This document shows, piece by piece, positions 44,212-55,778 of a stretch of 64,000 nt of DNA. Source of the stretch: Prochlorococcus sp. AG-412-P08. Its GTDB lineage: Bacteria > Cyanobacteriota > Cyanobacteriia > PCC-6307 > Cyanobiaceae. The position numbers and the translations under genes were made by a program. The notes below the pieces were generated by a model. That model searched no databases. It worked only from the letters and a program-made list of their open reading frames with translations, and was not told where the DNA came from. The stretch spans positions 4,226 to 68,225 of the forward strand of contig QCLI01000002.1 of assembly GCA_003214695.1 (NCBI GenBank), written 5' to 3'. Every line of letters begins with the position of its first letter. Position 1 is the stretch's first letter.

Positions 44212-46542
44212 TTAACTCTGGCCCGTGCGAGCAATATCAAGAACATCTGCCATAGAACGAATTTTATTTATGGTGAGCAGAAGTTGCTCAGCATTTTTTA
44301 ACTCGATTTTGAGGTCAATACAGGCTGGTCTTCCAGAAGACGTTTGTACACGTGCATCACTCACATTGATCCCATTATCTGAAAGACGCATCAAGATGTC
44401 TTTTAGAACACCGACTCTATCAATTACTTCAATTCTTATTTGTGTAGAGAATTTATTACTTTGACTAATCTCACTATTATTCCAGCTAACAGGTAACCTT
44501 CTTGCACTTGGCACTGATTCTACATTGATACAATCCTGTCGATGTATGGTGATACCATGATTCCCTAGAGCAACAGTACCCAGGATCTCTTCTCCTGGTA
44601 GAGGACTACAACAACCACCTAGTCGATATTCAAGTCCTTCCAAACCCAGAATTGGCGAGTTCTTTAGTGAAGATTTTCCAGACGTTAATGTGTCTTTTTG
44701 ACTTGTTATATTGCCGACAACTTCATTTTTCTTTTCTGCAGATAAAGTAGTCATATTTTGAAGACGTATTTCCTCTCTTAGACGATTGAGTAGTTGATGA
44801 AGTGTAATTGCACCAAAACCAAGGGCTGCAAGTAGATCATCGGTTGATTTTAGATTACATCTCTCCACTACTCTTTTCATTGCTGCACCATTGAGTAATG
44901 TATCAAACCCTTTTCTACCTAGATCCCTTTCTAGTAGATCCTTGCCTCTTTGAATTGTTTCATCCCTATGACTAATCTTATACCATTGTCTTATGCGGTT
45001 TCTTGCTGTAGGAGTGGCTACATAGTTCAACCAATCAAGACTTGGGTGAGCTGTCTTACTTGTAATTATCTCAACAAAATCTCCATTGCTTAATGGAGTA
45101 GTCAATGCACACAACTTGTCATTAATACGTGTACCATGACAATGATTCCCAATCTCAGAGTGAATTCGATAAGCAAAATCTATTGCAGTTGAGCCTTTTT
45201 TGAGGCCCACAACATCTCCCTTCGGGGTGAAGACAAACACTTCTTCATCAAACAAATCTTCTTTGATAGATGAAAGGTAGTCATTATGATCAGAGCTCCC
45301 TTCCTCTTGTTGCCAGTCAACAAGTTGCCGAAGCCAGTTAAACCGTTCTGTATTGCCTGCAGCTGGAGAACCACCTTCTTTATATTTCCAGTGCGCGGCA
45401 ATTCCAAATTCAGCAACCTGGTGCATCTCAGGTGTTCTTATTTGTACTTCAATTGGTCTATGTGTACCAATTACCGCTGTATGAAGTGATTGATAGCCAT
45501 TCGGCTTGGGTAGTCCTATGTAATCTTTAAAACGACCTGGTATAGGCCTGAATGTATCGTGAACAACAGCTAAGGCTCTATAGCATGTCTCTAAATTAGG
45601 AACAATAATTCGAAGTGCTGCAACGTCGTAAATCTCGTGAAACTCTTTATCTTGACGTTGCATTTTATTCCATATTCCAAATAAGTGTTTTGGACGCCCA
45701 GTGATTTCACAATTGCTCAGACCTGAGTTAAGTAAGCGGGTTCTTAGTGATTCAACTGTTTTTTCTAAGCGCTTTTCTCTTTCACTGCGTTTTGCCACCA
45801 CTTCTTGTTGTATTTGCTTGTAAGCACCTGGCTCAAGCAGTTTAAATGCAAGGTCTTCTAATTCCCATTTAAAGCGACCTATCCCCAGTCGATTGGCTAA
45901 GGGCGCATAAATTTCTCGTGTTTCAAGAGCAATTCGCTCTTGCTTGTCACGTTGCAAGGCATCTATGGTTCTCATGTTATGCAATCTATCTGCCAGCTTT
46001 ACAAGAACCACACGTATATCATTAGCCATTGCGAGAAACATTTTGCGAAGGTTTTCAGCTTGAGCTTCTGTTCTATTAGGGAAATGAATACCTCCTAACT
46101 TCGTAACGCCTTCAACTAAACCTCTAACTTCAATCCCGAAATATTCTTCTAACTGATCAAGAGAAATATTTGTATCTTCAACAACATCATGAAGGAAGCC
46201 GGCTGCTATGACTTTTGGACTGGCTCCAATTTCTTTTAGGAGGTTGGCCACTGCAACAGGGTGAATTATATATGGGTCACCACTTACTCTAAATTGACCT
46301 TTATGTAGTCGAAATGCCAAATCAAAAGCTGAGGCTAGTAATGCTTCTGAGTCAGTTGGGCAGCATTCTCCTATAGGAATTGGGACTTGCTTGATGCAAC
46401 TTATCAACCATTCTGGTAGTGGGATGCCATAGTCATCAGAACTTCTAATGAGATTCTCTCTCAGCAAAGGTTCATCAGACATGGTTAAATCCCAGGCCAA
46501 TGTGGTCTGTGTTGTATTAGACGCAGAAGAGGCGTTTAACAT
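44212..46542 (-). CDS. spoT: Bifunctional (p)ppGpp synthetase/hydrolase (long RSH)
   Basis: HD domain (HDVVED), synthetase (RFKDY, NGYQSLHT, EVQIRT), TGS (VFTPKG) and ACT (DRVGVL). Confidence 0.97.
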   Translation of the reverse strand: MLNASSASNTTQTTLAWDLTMSDEPLLRENLIRSSDDYGIPLPEWLISCIKQVPIPIGECCPTDSEALLASAFDLAFRLHKGQFRVSGDPYIIHPVAVANLLKEIGASPKVIAAGFLHDVVEDTNISLDQLEEYFGIEVRGLVEGVTKLGGIHFPNRTEAQAENLRKMFLAMANDIRVVLVKLADRLHNMRTIDALQRDKQERIALETREIYAPLANRLGIGRFKWELEDLAFKLLEPGAYKQIQQEVVAKRSEREKRLEKTVESLRTRLLNSGLSNCEITGRPKHLFGIWNKMQRQDKEFHEIYDVAALRIIVPNLETCYRALAVVHDTFRPIPGRFKDYIGLPKPNGYQSLHTAVIGTHRPIEVQIRTPEMHQVAEFGIAAHWKYKEGGSPAAGNTERFNWLRQLVDWQQEEGSSDHNDYLSSIKEDLFDEEVFVFTPKGDVVGLKKGSTAIDFAYRIHSEIGNHCHGTRINDKLCALTTPLSNGDFVEIITSKTAHPSLDWLNYVATPTARNRIRQWYKISHRDETIQRGKDLLERDLGRKGFDTLLNGAAMKRVVERCNLKSTDDLLAALGFGAITLHQLLNRLREEIRLQNMTTLSAEKKNEVVGNITSQKDTLTSGKSSLKNSPILGLEGLEYRLGGCCSPLPGEEILGTVALGNHGITIHRQDCINVESVPSARRLPVSWNNSEISQSNKFSTQIRIEVIDRVGVLKDILMRLSDNGINVSDARVQTSSGRPACIDLKIELKNAEQLLLTINKIRSMADVLDIARTGQS

Positions 46543-46597
46543 TTGACCCAGTGGGTTAACTCATCTTATTAAGGCTTAAGCAGCCTTGCTGAAATTT

Positions 46598-48208
46598 ATG
46601 GATTGTTCTCAAAAGGATGTCTTAAATATTATAGATCTGAGTGTCTCCTATCCACATAGTAAGAAGTGGGTCTTAGACGGGGTGAATTTGACTCTGGGGT
46701 GTGGAGAACGCCTTGCATTGCTAGGGAGTTCAGGCTCTGGCAAAAGTACTGTAGCTAAGGCTTTGTTGCAAATAATTCCGTCGGGGAGTATTTGCAAAGG
46801 GGAAATGTTGTTGAGTGGTCACAACTTACTGAAAGAATCCAATGAGGCTTTGCACAAAGTGCGAGGTGAATTAATTGGCTTAGTTTTTCAGGACCCTGGA
46901 ACTCGTCTTAATCCATTAATGACCATTGGAGAACATCTGATTGATACTTTGGATGCTCATCGGCCAGACCAATCATCGCTGTTAAGAAGAATTAGAGCTG
47001 AAGAATTACTGAATAAAGTTGGAATCAATCCACAACGTTTCAATTCGTATCCCCATGAGTTTAGTGGTGGTATGCGTCAACGAGTGGCCATTGCTTTGGC
47101 CATTGCTTTGAATCCACCTTTGATAATTGCGGATGAACCAACTTCTAGCCTTGATGTGTCAATTGCTAGTCAAATTATGGGTGAATTAAGTTCTCTGTGT
47201 GACGAGCTTGGAAGCTCTCTTTTGTTAATCACTCATGATCTTGCACTTGCCTCGAGATGGTGTTCAAGAATGGCAATCCTTGATCAAGGTAAGATTGTAG
47301 AAGATTGCCCTACTCATAAACTGATAGATTCACCTACTTCTTCTGTCGCCAAGAGATTAGTTGGTGCAGCAAGAACACGTGAGGAATCCACTCCTCTAGT
47401 AAAGCCAGTGGAGAGAGTTGTTTTACAAGTCGACAGATTACGTTGTTGGCATGCATTGGGAGGAACACTTTGGAACCCAAATTGGGTTAGGGCAATTGAT
47501 GAAGTAAGCTTTTCGTTACGTATAGGAGAAACTCTAGGGGTAGTAGGATTATCTGGTTGTGGTAAAAGTACATTATGTCGAGCTCTTTTAGGTCTAATTC
47601 CAATTAGAGGAGGGGAAGTTAAATTATTAGGAATAAATTTGGCAAAATTAAAGAGAGGTGATTTAAAGGTTGCCAGACAATCTTTGCAGATGATTTTCCA
47701 GGATCCCTTTGCGTCGCTGAACCCTAAAATGACTGTTTTAGAAGCAGTCTCGGATCCTCTTTTGCTTCATGGCTTGGCAACAAAAACCAGTGCAAAAGAA
47801 AAAGTTCGATCATTATTACAACAGGTTGGTCTGACTCCAGTAGATGACTTTATTAATCGCCTACCAATTCATCTCTCCGGAGGCCAGCAACAGAGAGTCG
47901 CGATTGCTCGATCATTAGCCTTATCTCCTAAGGTTCTTGTTTGTGATGAAAGTATCAGTATGTTGGATCTGGAAATTCAAGCAGATATTTTGAACTTACT
48001 TCGTTTCCTACAGAAGAAACTTGGATTAGCCATTATTTTCATTACTCATGATTTATCTGTTGCCAGCTCTTTTTGCCATAGAGTAATTGTTCTTGATCGA
48101 GGAAGAATTACGGAAGAAGGTACTGCTGAACAAATATTCAAAGCTCCTCAGTCTTCACTTACCAAGGAATTAGTTCGTTCTTCACCAACAATGATTTCAC
48201 CTATTTAA
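46598..48208 (+). CDS. Fused two-domain ABC ATPase, DppD/DppF (peptide/nickel) type
   Basis: Two NBDs: GSSGSGKS, FSGGMRQR, IIADEP and GLSGCGKS, LSGGQQQR, LVCDES. Confidence 0.9.
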   Translation: MDCSQKDVLNIIDLSVSYPHSKKWVLDGVNLTLGCGERLALLGSSGSGKSTVAKALLQIIPSGSICKGEMLLSGHNLLKESNEALHKVRGELIGLVFQDPGTRLNPLMTIGEHLIDTLDAHRPDQSSLLRRIRAEELLNKVGINPQRFNSYPHEFSGGMRQRVAIALAIALNPPLIIADEPTSSLDVSIASQIMGELSSLCDELGSSLLLITHDLALASRWCSRMAILDQGKIVEDCPTHKLIDSPTSSVAKRLVGAARTREESTPLVKPVERVVLQVDRLRCWHALGGTLWNPNWVRAIDEVSFSLRIGETLGVVGLSGCGKSTLCRALLGLIPIRGGEVKLLGINLAKLKRGDLKVARQSLQMIFQDPFASLNPKMTVLEAVSDPLLLHGLATKTSAKEKVRSLLQQVGLTPVDDFINRLPIHLSGGQQQRVAIARSLALSPKVLVCDESISMLDLEIQADILNLLRFLQKKLGLAIIFITHDLSVASSFCHRVIVLDRGRITEEGTAEQIFKAPQSSLTKELVRSSPTMISPI

Positions 48209-48216
48209 GCGATATC

Positions 48217-49173
48217 TTATTTGCGCAAAATAGAAAGAATTTTCAGGAAATCATCTGGCAAGGGAGCTTCGAAAAGCATCTCTTTATTTGAAATCGGATG
48301 TTTTATACCAAGTTGCACGGCATGTAAGACTTGGCCTGCAAGATTTGTTGGTAATTTTTTGCAACGACTATAAGTCACATCTCCAACTATGGGGTGGCCG
48401 ATATGAGCGGAATGCACACGAATCTGATGAGTACGACCAGTATCTAGTTTGAATCTTAGAAGAGAGTAATCACCTAATCTTTCTTTTAGCTCCCAATGTG
48501 TACAAGCATATCGGCCAGACTCATCATTAACTACTGCATATTTCTTTCTATCAACTGGATGGCGACCAATAGCACCTATGATCATCCCTTTTTTGCCATC
48601 TAGCACTCCATGCACTAAGGCTAAGTATTGACGAGAAGCGATTCTTTTCTGGATTTGTATTTGTAGACTTACTAATGCTTCTTGGCTTTTGGCTACGGCA
48701 ATGCAGCCCGTAGTGTCTTTATCAAGTCTGTGCACGATACCAGGTCTAAGCTTACCGTTGATTCCAGGAAGATCTGTACAGTGATGTAGTAAACCATTAA
48801 CTAAGGTCCCATTTTTATTACCTGGTGCTGGGTGAACCGTTAAGCCTGCTTGCTTATTAATAATTATTAGATGCTCATCTTCATAAAGGATATTCAAATC
48901 TATTTTTTCTGGTTTAAGATAGGGTAGTGGTTCAGGCGGAAGGACCCATACTTTTATCTCATCATTTTTTCTAAGAGGAGTTTTGGCTTTGCCTTGTTTC
49001 CCATTAACGAGTACTAAGCCATTTTCAATGAACTTTTGAATGCTTGCTCTACTTTGCTCTGGTCTCTGGCTTACTAGCCAACGGTCTAAGCGCATTGGTA
49101 ACGGTCTTGGATAGTGGAGTGTTACAAGCTCTCCATCCCCTATACCGAAGCCTTGTGTTTGATTCTCAGGCAT
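48217..49173 (-). CDS. rluD: RluA/RluD-family 23S rRNA pseudouridine synthase
   Basis: S4 domain, HRLDKDTTG and TGRTHQIRVH. Confidence 0.92.
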   Translation of the reverse strand: MPENQTQGFGIGDGELVTLHYPRPLPMRLDRWLVSQRPEQSRASIQKFIENGLVLVNGKQGKAKTPLRKNDEIKVWVLPPEPLPYLKPEKIDLNILYEDEHLIIINKQAGLTVHPAPGNKNGTLVNGLLHHCTDLPGINGKLRPGIVHRLDKDTTGCIAVAKSQEALVSLQIQIQKRIASRQYLALVHGVLDGKKGMIIGAIGRHPVDRKKYAVVNDESGRYACTHWELKERLGDYSLLRFKLDTGRTHQIRVHSAHIGHPIVGDVTYSRCKKLPTNLAGQVLHAVQLGIKHPISNKEMLFEAPLPDDFLKILSILRK

Positions 49174-50054
49174 TAAGGAAGCTCTAAAGAAATAGGACCA
49201 ATTAAGTTTTTCCGGAAATCATCCAATAAACGTTGAGCCATACGATTTGTATTTCCCGACGTATGATGCTCAGCTGCACTTTCTAACCATAGGTGTGCAT
49301 TTTCTTGAGCTTTTTCTAGTTTGATCCCATATCGTTCTTCAAGAACATTGCAAGGCTTGCTAGAGAAACTTGTTTTTTCACATTGCTCTATTATCCGTAG
49401 AAATCTTATCGCAACAGACTCTACGTCGTATGACGCCTGCCCAATGTCATCGCAGAAAGCAAGTTTTAATGCTGCTTCTTGATTATCTAGCCGACTTGGA
49501 AGCACGCCAGGTGCATCAAGTAAGTCCAGCTGTTGTCCAACACGTACCCATCTCAAAGACTTCGTCACACCTGCACGTCTAGAGCTTTGTACGACTTTTC
49601 TATTTACTAACCTATTTATTAGAGCTGATTTCCCCACATTAGGGAAACCAAGAGTAAGTGCTCTAACTGCTCTCTGTTGCATTCCTCTTGATTTACGACG
49701 AGTATTTAACTCTTGCCCTAGTTGTATTGCTGCTTCTTTGATTTGCTTAGTACCTGTCCCATCCTTTGCATTGCACCATAGTGCTGTTTGCCCTTGCTGC
49801 TTAAACCAAGCATTCCACGCTGCTAATGACTCTGGAGTAATCATATCTCTACGATTAACCACTAATAAATGCTTTTTGGTCTTGATCCATTTTTGAAGAC
49901 ATGGGTGGGAAGTGGACCTTGGAATACGAGCATCTCTAACTTCTATAACAAGGTCTACTTTGGTAAGACTGAGAGTAAGTTGTTTTTCTGCTTTGGCTAT
50001 GTGGCCTGGATACCACTGGATAATTTGGGTGCTCACGGCACTACAGTTATTCAA
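49173..50054 (-). CDS. ylqF: Ribosome biogenesis GTPase RbgA/YlqF
   Basis: IQWYPGHIAKA, DARIP, GFPNVGKS and LLDAPG. Confidence 0.94.
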   Translation of the reverse strand: MNNCSAVSTQIIQWYPGHIAKAEKQLTLSLTKVDLVIEVRDARIPRSTSHPCLQKWIKTKKHLLVVNRRDMITPESLAAWNAWFKQQGQTALWCNAKDGTGTKQIKEAAIQLGQELNTRRKSRGMQQRAVRALTLGFPNVGKSALINRLVNRKVVQSSRRAGVTKSLRWVRVGQQLDLLDAPGVLPSRLDNQEAALKLAFCDDIGQASYDVESVAIRFLRIIEQCEKTSFSSKPCNVLEERYGIKLEKAQENAHLWLESAAEHHTSGNTNRMAQRLLDDFRKNLIGPISLELP

Positions 50055-50402
50055 TAAAGGGACAAGAGTAATTACTAAATTAGGTCAACTAGCTTCAATT
50101 ACTTTTCTCTAGACTAATACTTTCTAGAGCTGTGGGAGTAAAATCAGTATTTTGATAGGTACACTTTTTATATCACCAGGTTTATTCAAAATAATTTTGT
50201 TTTTCTTTTTATTGCGACCAGTTTTTGAAATTCATTTCGAAAAAGGATTACTGTTTCTAGATTGTGAGAAATTAAGTTCTTGTTATATCAATGCTTTTCA
50301 GCTTTTAGTACTATGGTCAGGTGAACTCTCTGGCTGACAGTGGAATTATTTGCACCATTCTTGGGTTAGCCTCACCGAGTTTTTCATAGTAAAAGGCAAT
50401 TC

Positions 50403-51611
50403 ATGGCAAAGCGTTCTCTTTCAAGTCTCGGCGTAGAGGACCTATGCGGCAAGAGAGTTCTGGTTCGCGTTGATTTTAATGTCCCTTTGAATGAAGAAGG
50501 TTCAATAACTGATGACACAAGAATTCGTGCGGCTCTTCCAACAATTCAACATTTAATAAAGAATCAAGCAAAAATTATTCTTGCAGCACACTTTGGGAGG
50601 CCGAAAGGCAAAGTGAATGAAGATTTGCGCCTTACTCCTGTTTGCAAAAGATTAAGCGAACTATTAGGTATAAATGTTGTTAAGACTGAAAGTTGCATTG
50701 GACCTGACGCTGAATCTAAGGTTAATGCAATGAGCAAAGGAGATGTTGTTCTTTTAGAGAATGTACGTTTTTTTGCCGAGGAAGAAAAGAATGATCTAGA
50801 TTTTGCAAAGAAACTATCTGCTTTAGCAGAAGTCTATGTTAATGATGCTTTTGGAGCAGCTCATAGAGCCCATGCATCTACTGAAGGAGTTGCAAAGCTT
50901 TTGAATACGAGCGTAGCTGGTTACTTGATGGAAAAAGAACTTCAATATTTACAAGGTGCTGTTGATGCACCTAAAAGACCTTTAGTTGCAATTGTTGGTG
51001 GTTCCAAGGTCAGCAGTAAAATTGGAGTTTTGGAATCCTTAATTGATAAATGTGACAAGGTTTTGATTGGTGGGGGTATGATTTTTACTTTTTACAAGGC
51101 AAGAGGTTTATCTGTTGGGAAAAGCTTAGTCGAAGAGGATAAGCTTGAACTTGCTAAATCTCTTGAGGCAAAAGCTAAGCTCAAGGGTGTTGAGTTACTT
51201 TTACCTCACGACGTTCTTTTGGCTGATGATTTTGCTCCTGATGCTAATAGTCAATTGGCTCAAATAAGTTCCATACCTGAAGGCTGGATGGGTTTAGATA
51301 TCGGCCCTGATTCCATAAAATTATTTCAAGATGCTTTAGCAGATTGCAAAACAGTAATTTGGAATGGACCAATGGGCGTGTTTGAATTTGAAAAATTTGC
51401 AAAAGGTACTAATGCTATTGCAACAACATTGGCTGATTTGAGTTCAAAAGGTTGTTGCACAATTATCGGCGGCGGTGATTCAGTTGCAGCAGTAGAAAAG
51501 GCTGGTTTAGCATCAAAGATGTCTCATATTTCCACAGGTGGTGGTGCAAGCTTAGAATTGCTTGAAGGAAAAATTCTTCCAGGTGTATCTGCATTAGACG
51601 ATCAACTTTAA
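50403..51611 (+). CDS. pgk: Phosphoglycerate kinase
   Basis: [26 protein letters not shown] and [11 protein letters not shown]. Confidence 0.98.
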   Translation: MAKRSLSSLGVEDLCGKRVLVRVDFNVPLNEEGSITDDTRIRAALPTIQHLIKNQAKIILAAHFGRPKGKVNEDLRLTPVCKRLSELLGINVVKTESCIGPDAESKVNAMSKGDVVLLENVRFFAEEEKNDLDFAKKLSALAEVYVNDAFGAAHRAHASTEGVAKLLNTSVAGYLMEKELQYLQGAVDAPKRPLVAIVGGSKVSSKIGVLESLIDKCDKVLIGGGMIFTFYKARGLSVGKSLVEEDKLELAKSLEAKAKLKGVELLLPHDVLLADDFAPDANSQLAQISSIPEGWMGLDIGPDSIKLFQDALADCKTVIWNGPMGVFEFEKFAKGTNAIATTLADLSSKGCCTIIGGGDSVAAVEKAGLASKMSHISTGGGASLELLEGKILPGVSALDDQL

Positions 51612-51622
51612 ATTAAAAATAT

Positions 51623-52372
51623 TTAAGGCCTTAACTCACTAGATGAAGATACTATCTTAACTCTTTTTGTTATAGATATAAGTCCTTGTGGATGGGCTAT
51701 TAAAGCAGCCCATCTCTGGTTCTCTGGATTCAATGGTGCACGCGCAGTTTTAAATATTCCTCCAGATCCCAGTGGAATTAACTCTATATCCTTGTGTGAG
51801 TTCTTTGTTCTTAACTTACTATCATTAATAGCTATTAAACCACCAGCTATGATTGAATCTTCAAGAGGTTCTTCTAGAATGATATCTATGTCATAGATAG
51901 ATCCAGTAAGAACTCTATCTGGTATCTGAACAATCACATTAAGCATTTTATTGCCACTTTTAAGAATGGAGTAGTCACTGAAAGTTTCTTTTTTGACCAC
52001 TTTCCCATTACTGATTGAAATAACTATTTGTTGCTTTGATATAAGATTGTAAGTTTGACCATTCCCCTCTTTTGCACCTTGGACGATTATTTCAAGTAAT
52101 TTACGCTGATTAGGCAACTCCTTTAGAAACTTTATCTTCCATGTTGCATTAGGAAAATCTTTTAGAAAGGCATCATATTGTTGTCTTAGACCTCGAGCGA
52201 TTTCTTCAGAGAAAAGATTGGATAATTCTGATTTGTTCTTACTATTAAACGTTTTTTCGAGTCCTTGCGTTAGAACCACAATGTCTCTAGCTTGTGAAAA
52301 ATTACCAGAGCAAAAACTTAAGAGAATAAATAACCCAGAAGTCAAAATAGGCTTTAGCGATTTCTTTACCAC
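51623..52372 (-). CDS. Conserved exported hypothetical protein (possibly NTF2-like N-domain)
   Basis: Signal-peptide-like start; GGIFK...AP..P..Q.WAA...HP.G....TK.V..V C-terminal motif typical of picocyanobacterial homologs. Confidence 0.65.
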   Translation of the reverse strand: MVKKSLKPILTSGLFILLSFCSGNFSQARDIVVLTQGLEKTFNSKNKSELSNLFSEEIARGLRQQYDAFLKDFPNATWKIKFLKELPNQRKLLEIIVQGAKEGNGQTYNLISKQQIVISISNGKVVKKETFSDYSILKSGNKMLNVIVQIPDRVLTGSIYDIDIILEEPLEDSIIAGGLIAINDSKLRTKNSHKDIELIPLGSGGIFKTARAPLNPENQRWAALIAHPQGLISITKRVKIVSSSSELRP

Positions 52373-52425
52373 AGATTTCCTTGAGTTATCTATATCTTAA
52401 TTGTAGGCATATTGATGAACTTTTT

Positions 52426-53496
52426 ATGACTAAGCTTCTAATTGCTGCTAGTGGAACAGGTGGTCATATTTACCCTGCTATCTCAGTTGTAGAAGCATTG
52501 CCTGACTCTTGGGATGTCTGTTGGTTGGGAGTTGATGATCGTCTAGAGCAAGCTGTTTTACCTAAAGAATATGAACTGATTACGATTCCTGTGCAGGCTT
52601 TACAAGCCAGAGGAATTAGAGGGTTCCTACAGCGCATTAAACTATGTTTTTCAATTGTTTTTGTTGTTCGATTACTCCTAAGAAAAAAGATTGAAGTTGT
52701 TCTTACCACAGGAGGTTATATCGCCGCACCTACAATTATTGCCTCTAAGTTGTGTAGAGTTCCTATTGTATTACATGAGTCTAATGCTTTCCCAGGGAAA
52801 GTCACACGCTTATTAGGCAGGTTTTGTGATCAGGTTGCTCTGGGTTTGCCTATCGCGAAAGAGCATTTAAAAAACTGCAATCTAATCTTCACTGGCACGC
52901 CTGTGAGATCTGAATTTTTATACCCCAATCCTTTGCCCTCTTGGACACCTACTGGCATTAGTCCTTTGATTGTTGTACTGGGAGGTAGTCAAGGTGCGAT
53001 TGGATTAAACAAAATGGTGAGAAATATTCTACCTTCTTTATTAAAGAAGGGATATAGAGTAGTTCATATCATTGGAACACATGACAACCTATCAGGAATC
53101 AATAACCCGAACCTTATAGAAAAGACTTTTACTGAGGAAGTTGCTGGATTGCTGCAGCATGCAGATCTTGTCATTAGTAGATCAGGCGCTGGAGCCTTAA
53201 GTGAACTTGCAGTTTGCAAAACCCCTGCAATTCTTATTCCATACCCCTATGCAGCAGACAATCACCAGGATGTCAATGCTGCTCATGTAGCCCAGTTTGG
53301 GGGAGCATTGATACTTCATGAAAATGTTTCTGCCGGTCAACCTTTGCTTAAGGCAATAGTGCGATTGCTAGATACTTATGGCACTGTTAATGGTCAAAGG
53401 AACAACTTGTTAAAGGAAATGAGCAAAGGAATGGGTAGTATTGCCGTTCGGGATGCACATCTAGGTTTAGTTGATATTATCCGGAAGTATATCTAA
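52426..53496 (+). CDS. murG: Lipid II GlcNAc transferase
   Basis: ASGTGGHIYP, GGY, HESN..PG, GGSQGA, SRSGA and HQ..NA. Confidence 0.96.
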   Translation: MTKLLIAASGTGGHIYPAISVVEALPDSWDVCWLGVDDRLEQAVLPKEYELITIPVQALQARGIRGFLQRIKLCFSIVFVVRLLLRKKIEVVLTTGGYIAAPTIIASKLCRVPIVLHESNAFPGKVTRLLGRFCDQVALGLPIAKEHLKNCNLIFTGTPVRSEFLYPNPLPSWTPTGISPLIVVLGGSQGAIGLNKMVRNILPSLLKKGYRVVHIIGTHDNLSGINNPNLIEKTFTEEVAGLLQHADLVISRSGAGALSELAVCKTPAILIPYPYAADNHQDVNAAHVAQFGGALILHENVSAGQPLLKAIVRLLDTYGTVNGQRNNLLKEMSKGMGSIAVRDAHLGLVDIIRKYI

Positions 53497-54601
53497 GGAC
53501 TTGTTGCATAGCTTTAATAATTCTTCGATTATTGGATCTTCCTTGGAGGCTAACCCGTAACCAGTTGTCTCCCAATTCCTCAAAGGAACTACAATCTCGG
53601 AGTAAGATTTTTTTGTGAGCAAGTGCTTCCCGGAAACTTTTTAGGGAAACATTACTTTCTATTAGTTGAAAATTAGCAGCTGATGGATGTGCTGTGATAC
53701 TTGGCAATTTTTGCAAGTTTGTTTGAAGCCATCTCCCTTCTTCTTTGACCCAATTTTGAACTTTTTCGATTTGTTTCTCTAAGAGGTACTCCTCGCTCAT
53801 AAGCCTTATCCCCAACATGACAGCTAAACCATTAACTGGCCAAGGGTCTCTCCATTCTTGCCATTGTTGAAGTCTCATGGGAGAGCTAATTGCATAGCCT
53901 AGCCTTAACCCCGCAATGGAAAAAAGTTTTGTGAGACTTCTAATAACAATTAGATTTGGATGATTAGCTACCAATGGAATAAGTGATTCTTTCTCACCAC
54001 CAGGAACTAATGGTAGAAAAGCTTCATCGCATATCACTAGATTTTGTGAATTAACCAAGGCTTCTAAAGATTCGCGGTTCCAACATTGTCCTGTGGGATT
54101 GTGTGGGTTTGTAATCCATGTAACTTGCCCATGTGGCTCTAATGGAAAGACCTGAGGGAAAGTAGAGTTCCATTTCAAGGGGAGGGGACAAGTTATGAAT
54201 TTTCCGTTCCAACATCTAAGTGCTCTTTTGTAATCAAAGAATCCCGGTGATGGTAAAAAGCTCATTCCATGATTAGCGGCATCTCTTGCCGCCCAGGTGA
54301 TTATCTCAGAAGCACCATTGCCTGGCAAGACCATAGAAGAGTGGATCTTATGAAAATTACTAATTGCTTCTCTTAGTGTTAAATAACTGCGGTCAGGATA
54401 GATTTTAAGAGCAGTTCCATTGATCTGTTGGGTAAGGCAATTTTGCAGAGGAGTCGGGAGGGCAAATGGAACTAAAGATGCACTGGCATCAATAAGGGAA
54501 TTTATATGTACCCCTAGTCTTTTTGCTTCTTGTTCTAGATTCCCACCATGCTTATGCATCAGCCTTTCATTATGCTGAGAAAAATTATTTGTTAAATCCA
54601 T
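53477..54601 (-). CDS. cobD: Threonine-phosphate decarboxylase (cobalamin pathway), class I PLP enzyme
   Basis: HGGN, DASAS, YPD..Y, GNGASE, NPHNPTG, DEAF and [16 protein letters not shown]. Confidence 0.8.
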   Translation of the reverse strand: MDLTNNFSQHNERLMHKHGGNLEQEAKRLGVHINSLIDASASLVPFALPTPLQNCLTQQINGTALKIYPDRSYLTLREAISNFHKIHSSMVLPGNGASEIITWAARDAANHGMSFLPSPGFFDYKRALRCWNGKFITCPLPLKWNSTFPQVFPLEPHGQVTWITNPHNPTGQCWNRESLEALVNSQNLVICDEAFLPLVPGGEKESLIPLVANHPNLIVIRSLTKLFSIAGLRLGYAISSPMRLQQWQEWRDPWPVNGLAVMLGIRLMSEEYLLEKQIEKVQNWVKEEGRWLQTNLQKLPSITAHPSAANFQLIESNVSLKSFREALAHKKILLRDCSSFEELGDNWLRVSLQGRSNNRRIIKAMQQVLRYTSG

Positions 54602-55770
54602 GGCAGCTCACTGCCTACCACTTCTGAGATATTATTGCAGCCATGTCGATTGAGTTGAGAGACTAGACCTTCAAGTATATTAGGAACGAGAATAGGCCCT
54701 TGGAAAATCCACCCTGTATATACCTGGATAAGAGAGGCACCGGCGACAATACGTTCCCAAGCACTCTCTGGAGAATCAATGCCTCCAACACCTATCAATG
54801 GTAAATCTTCCCCAGCATTTTTTCTCAACCTTTTAATGACTTCTATAGCTCTTGGACGTAGTGGCTTTCCGCTAAGTCCACCTTTTTCAATACGGAGAGG
54901 CCTTCCCGTTTGCAAAATAATGCGTTCCTCTAACCCTAATCTATTTAAACTAGTATTAACAGCTATTATTCCCGCTAATCCTTCTTGATAGGCTACTTGG
55001 GCAAGACCATCAATTTCTCTATTGTCTAAATCCGGAGCAATTTTTACAAGGAGTGGTGGACAAGAGGGCAAGCGTCGAAGTTTCTTAATTAATCTTCTCA
55101 GCTGTTCTGAGTCTTGCAATTGACGTAGACCTGGTGTATTAGGCGAACTGACATTGATAACTGCATAGTCAGCTAGTGATCCCAGAATTTCAAGAGAAGA
55201 AGCGTAATCATCAGGTGCATGTTCCAGAGAAGTTATTTTTGACTTCCCTAAGTTGAGCCCAATAATTGATGGCCTGTTCCCTGGTGGGGGTATCTTTTGC
55301 TTCTCAAGAGTTTCTTTCATTTTTTCTGCTCCATTATTGTTAAACCCCATTCGATTTAAAGCAGCCTTTTCTTTTGACATTCGAAAAAGTCTTGGCTTGG
55401 CATTGCCTGTTTGAGCATGCCAAGTGACCGTACCAAGTTCAACAAAGCCAAAACCAAAGTTGTCCCAGATAGATGCTGCAATTCCATTTTTGTCAAACCC
55501 TGCAGCTAGACCTAATGGATTACTAAAGTTACATCCGAATAAAGTTTGCTCTAATTTGGCATCCTTTCTTTGTAGATCCTTTGCTAATTCATTTAATAGG
55601 TTTGATATACCTGGCCATTTTCTATAAAGCGAGGCTTTCTCTAAACTATTCAGAGTAAGTTGAGTAAGTTTCTCCGCATCAATTCCATCATCCTTTTCTA
55701 GGATGTGTCCAAAGAATTGCTTATAAACAAAATTACTTGAAAAAAACCTGGCTTCTGATTTATTTTCCAT
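54592..55770 (-). CDS. pyrD: Quinone-dependent dihydroorotate dehydrogenase (class 2)
   Basis: [33 protein letters not shown] and GGLSG. Confidence 0.97.
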   Translation of the reverse strand: MENKSEARFFSSNFVYKQFFGHILEKDDGIDAEKLTQLTLNSLEKASLYRKWPGISNLLNELAKDLQRKDAKLEQTLFGCNFSNPLGLAAGFDKNGIAASIWDNFGFGFVELGTVTWHAQTGNAKPRLFRMSKEKAALNRMGFNNNGAEKMKETLEKQKIPPPGNRPSIIGLNLGKSKITSLEHAPDDYASSLEILGSLADYAVINVSSPNTPGLRQLQDSEQLRRLIKKLRRLPSCPPLLVKIAPDLDNREIDGLAQVAYQEGLAGIIAVNTSLNRLGLEERIILQTGRPLRIEKGGLSGKPLRPRAIEVIKRLRKNAGEDLPLIGVGGIDSPESAWERIVAGASLIQVYTGWIFQGPILVPNILEGLVSQLNRHGCNNISEVVGSELPWI

Positions 55771-55778
55771 TCTTGCTT

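Noticed and set aside
50146-50163. GTA...TAC dyad upstream of pgk/ylqF as an NtcA site
   Set aside because: Spacing is N10, not the required N8.
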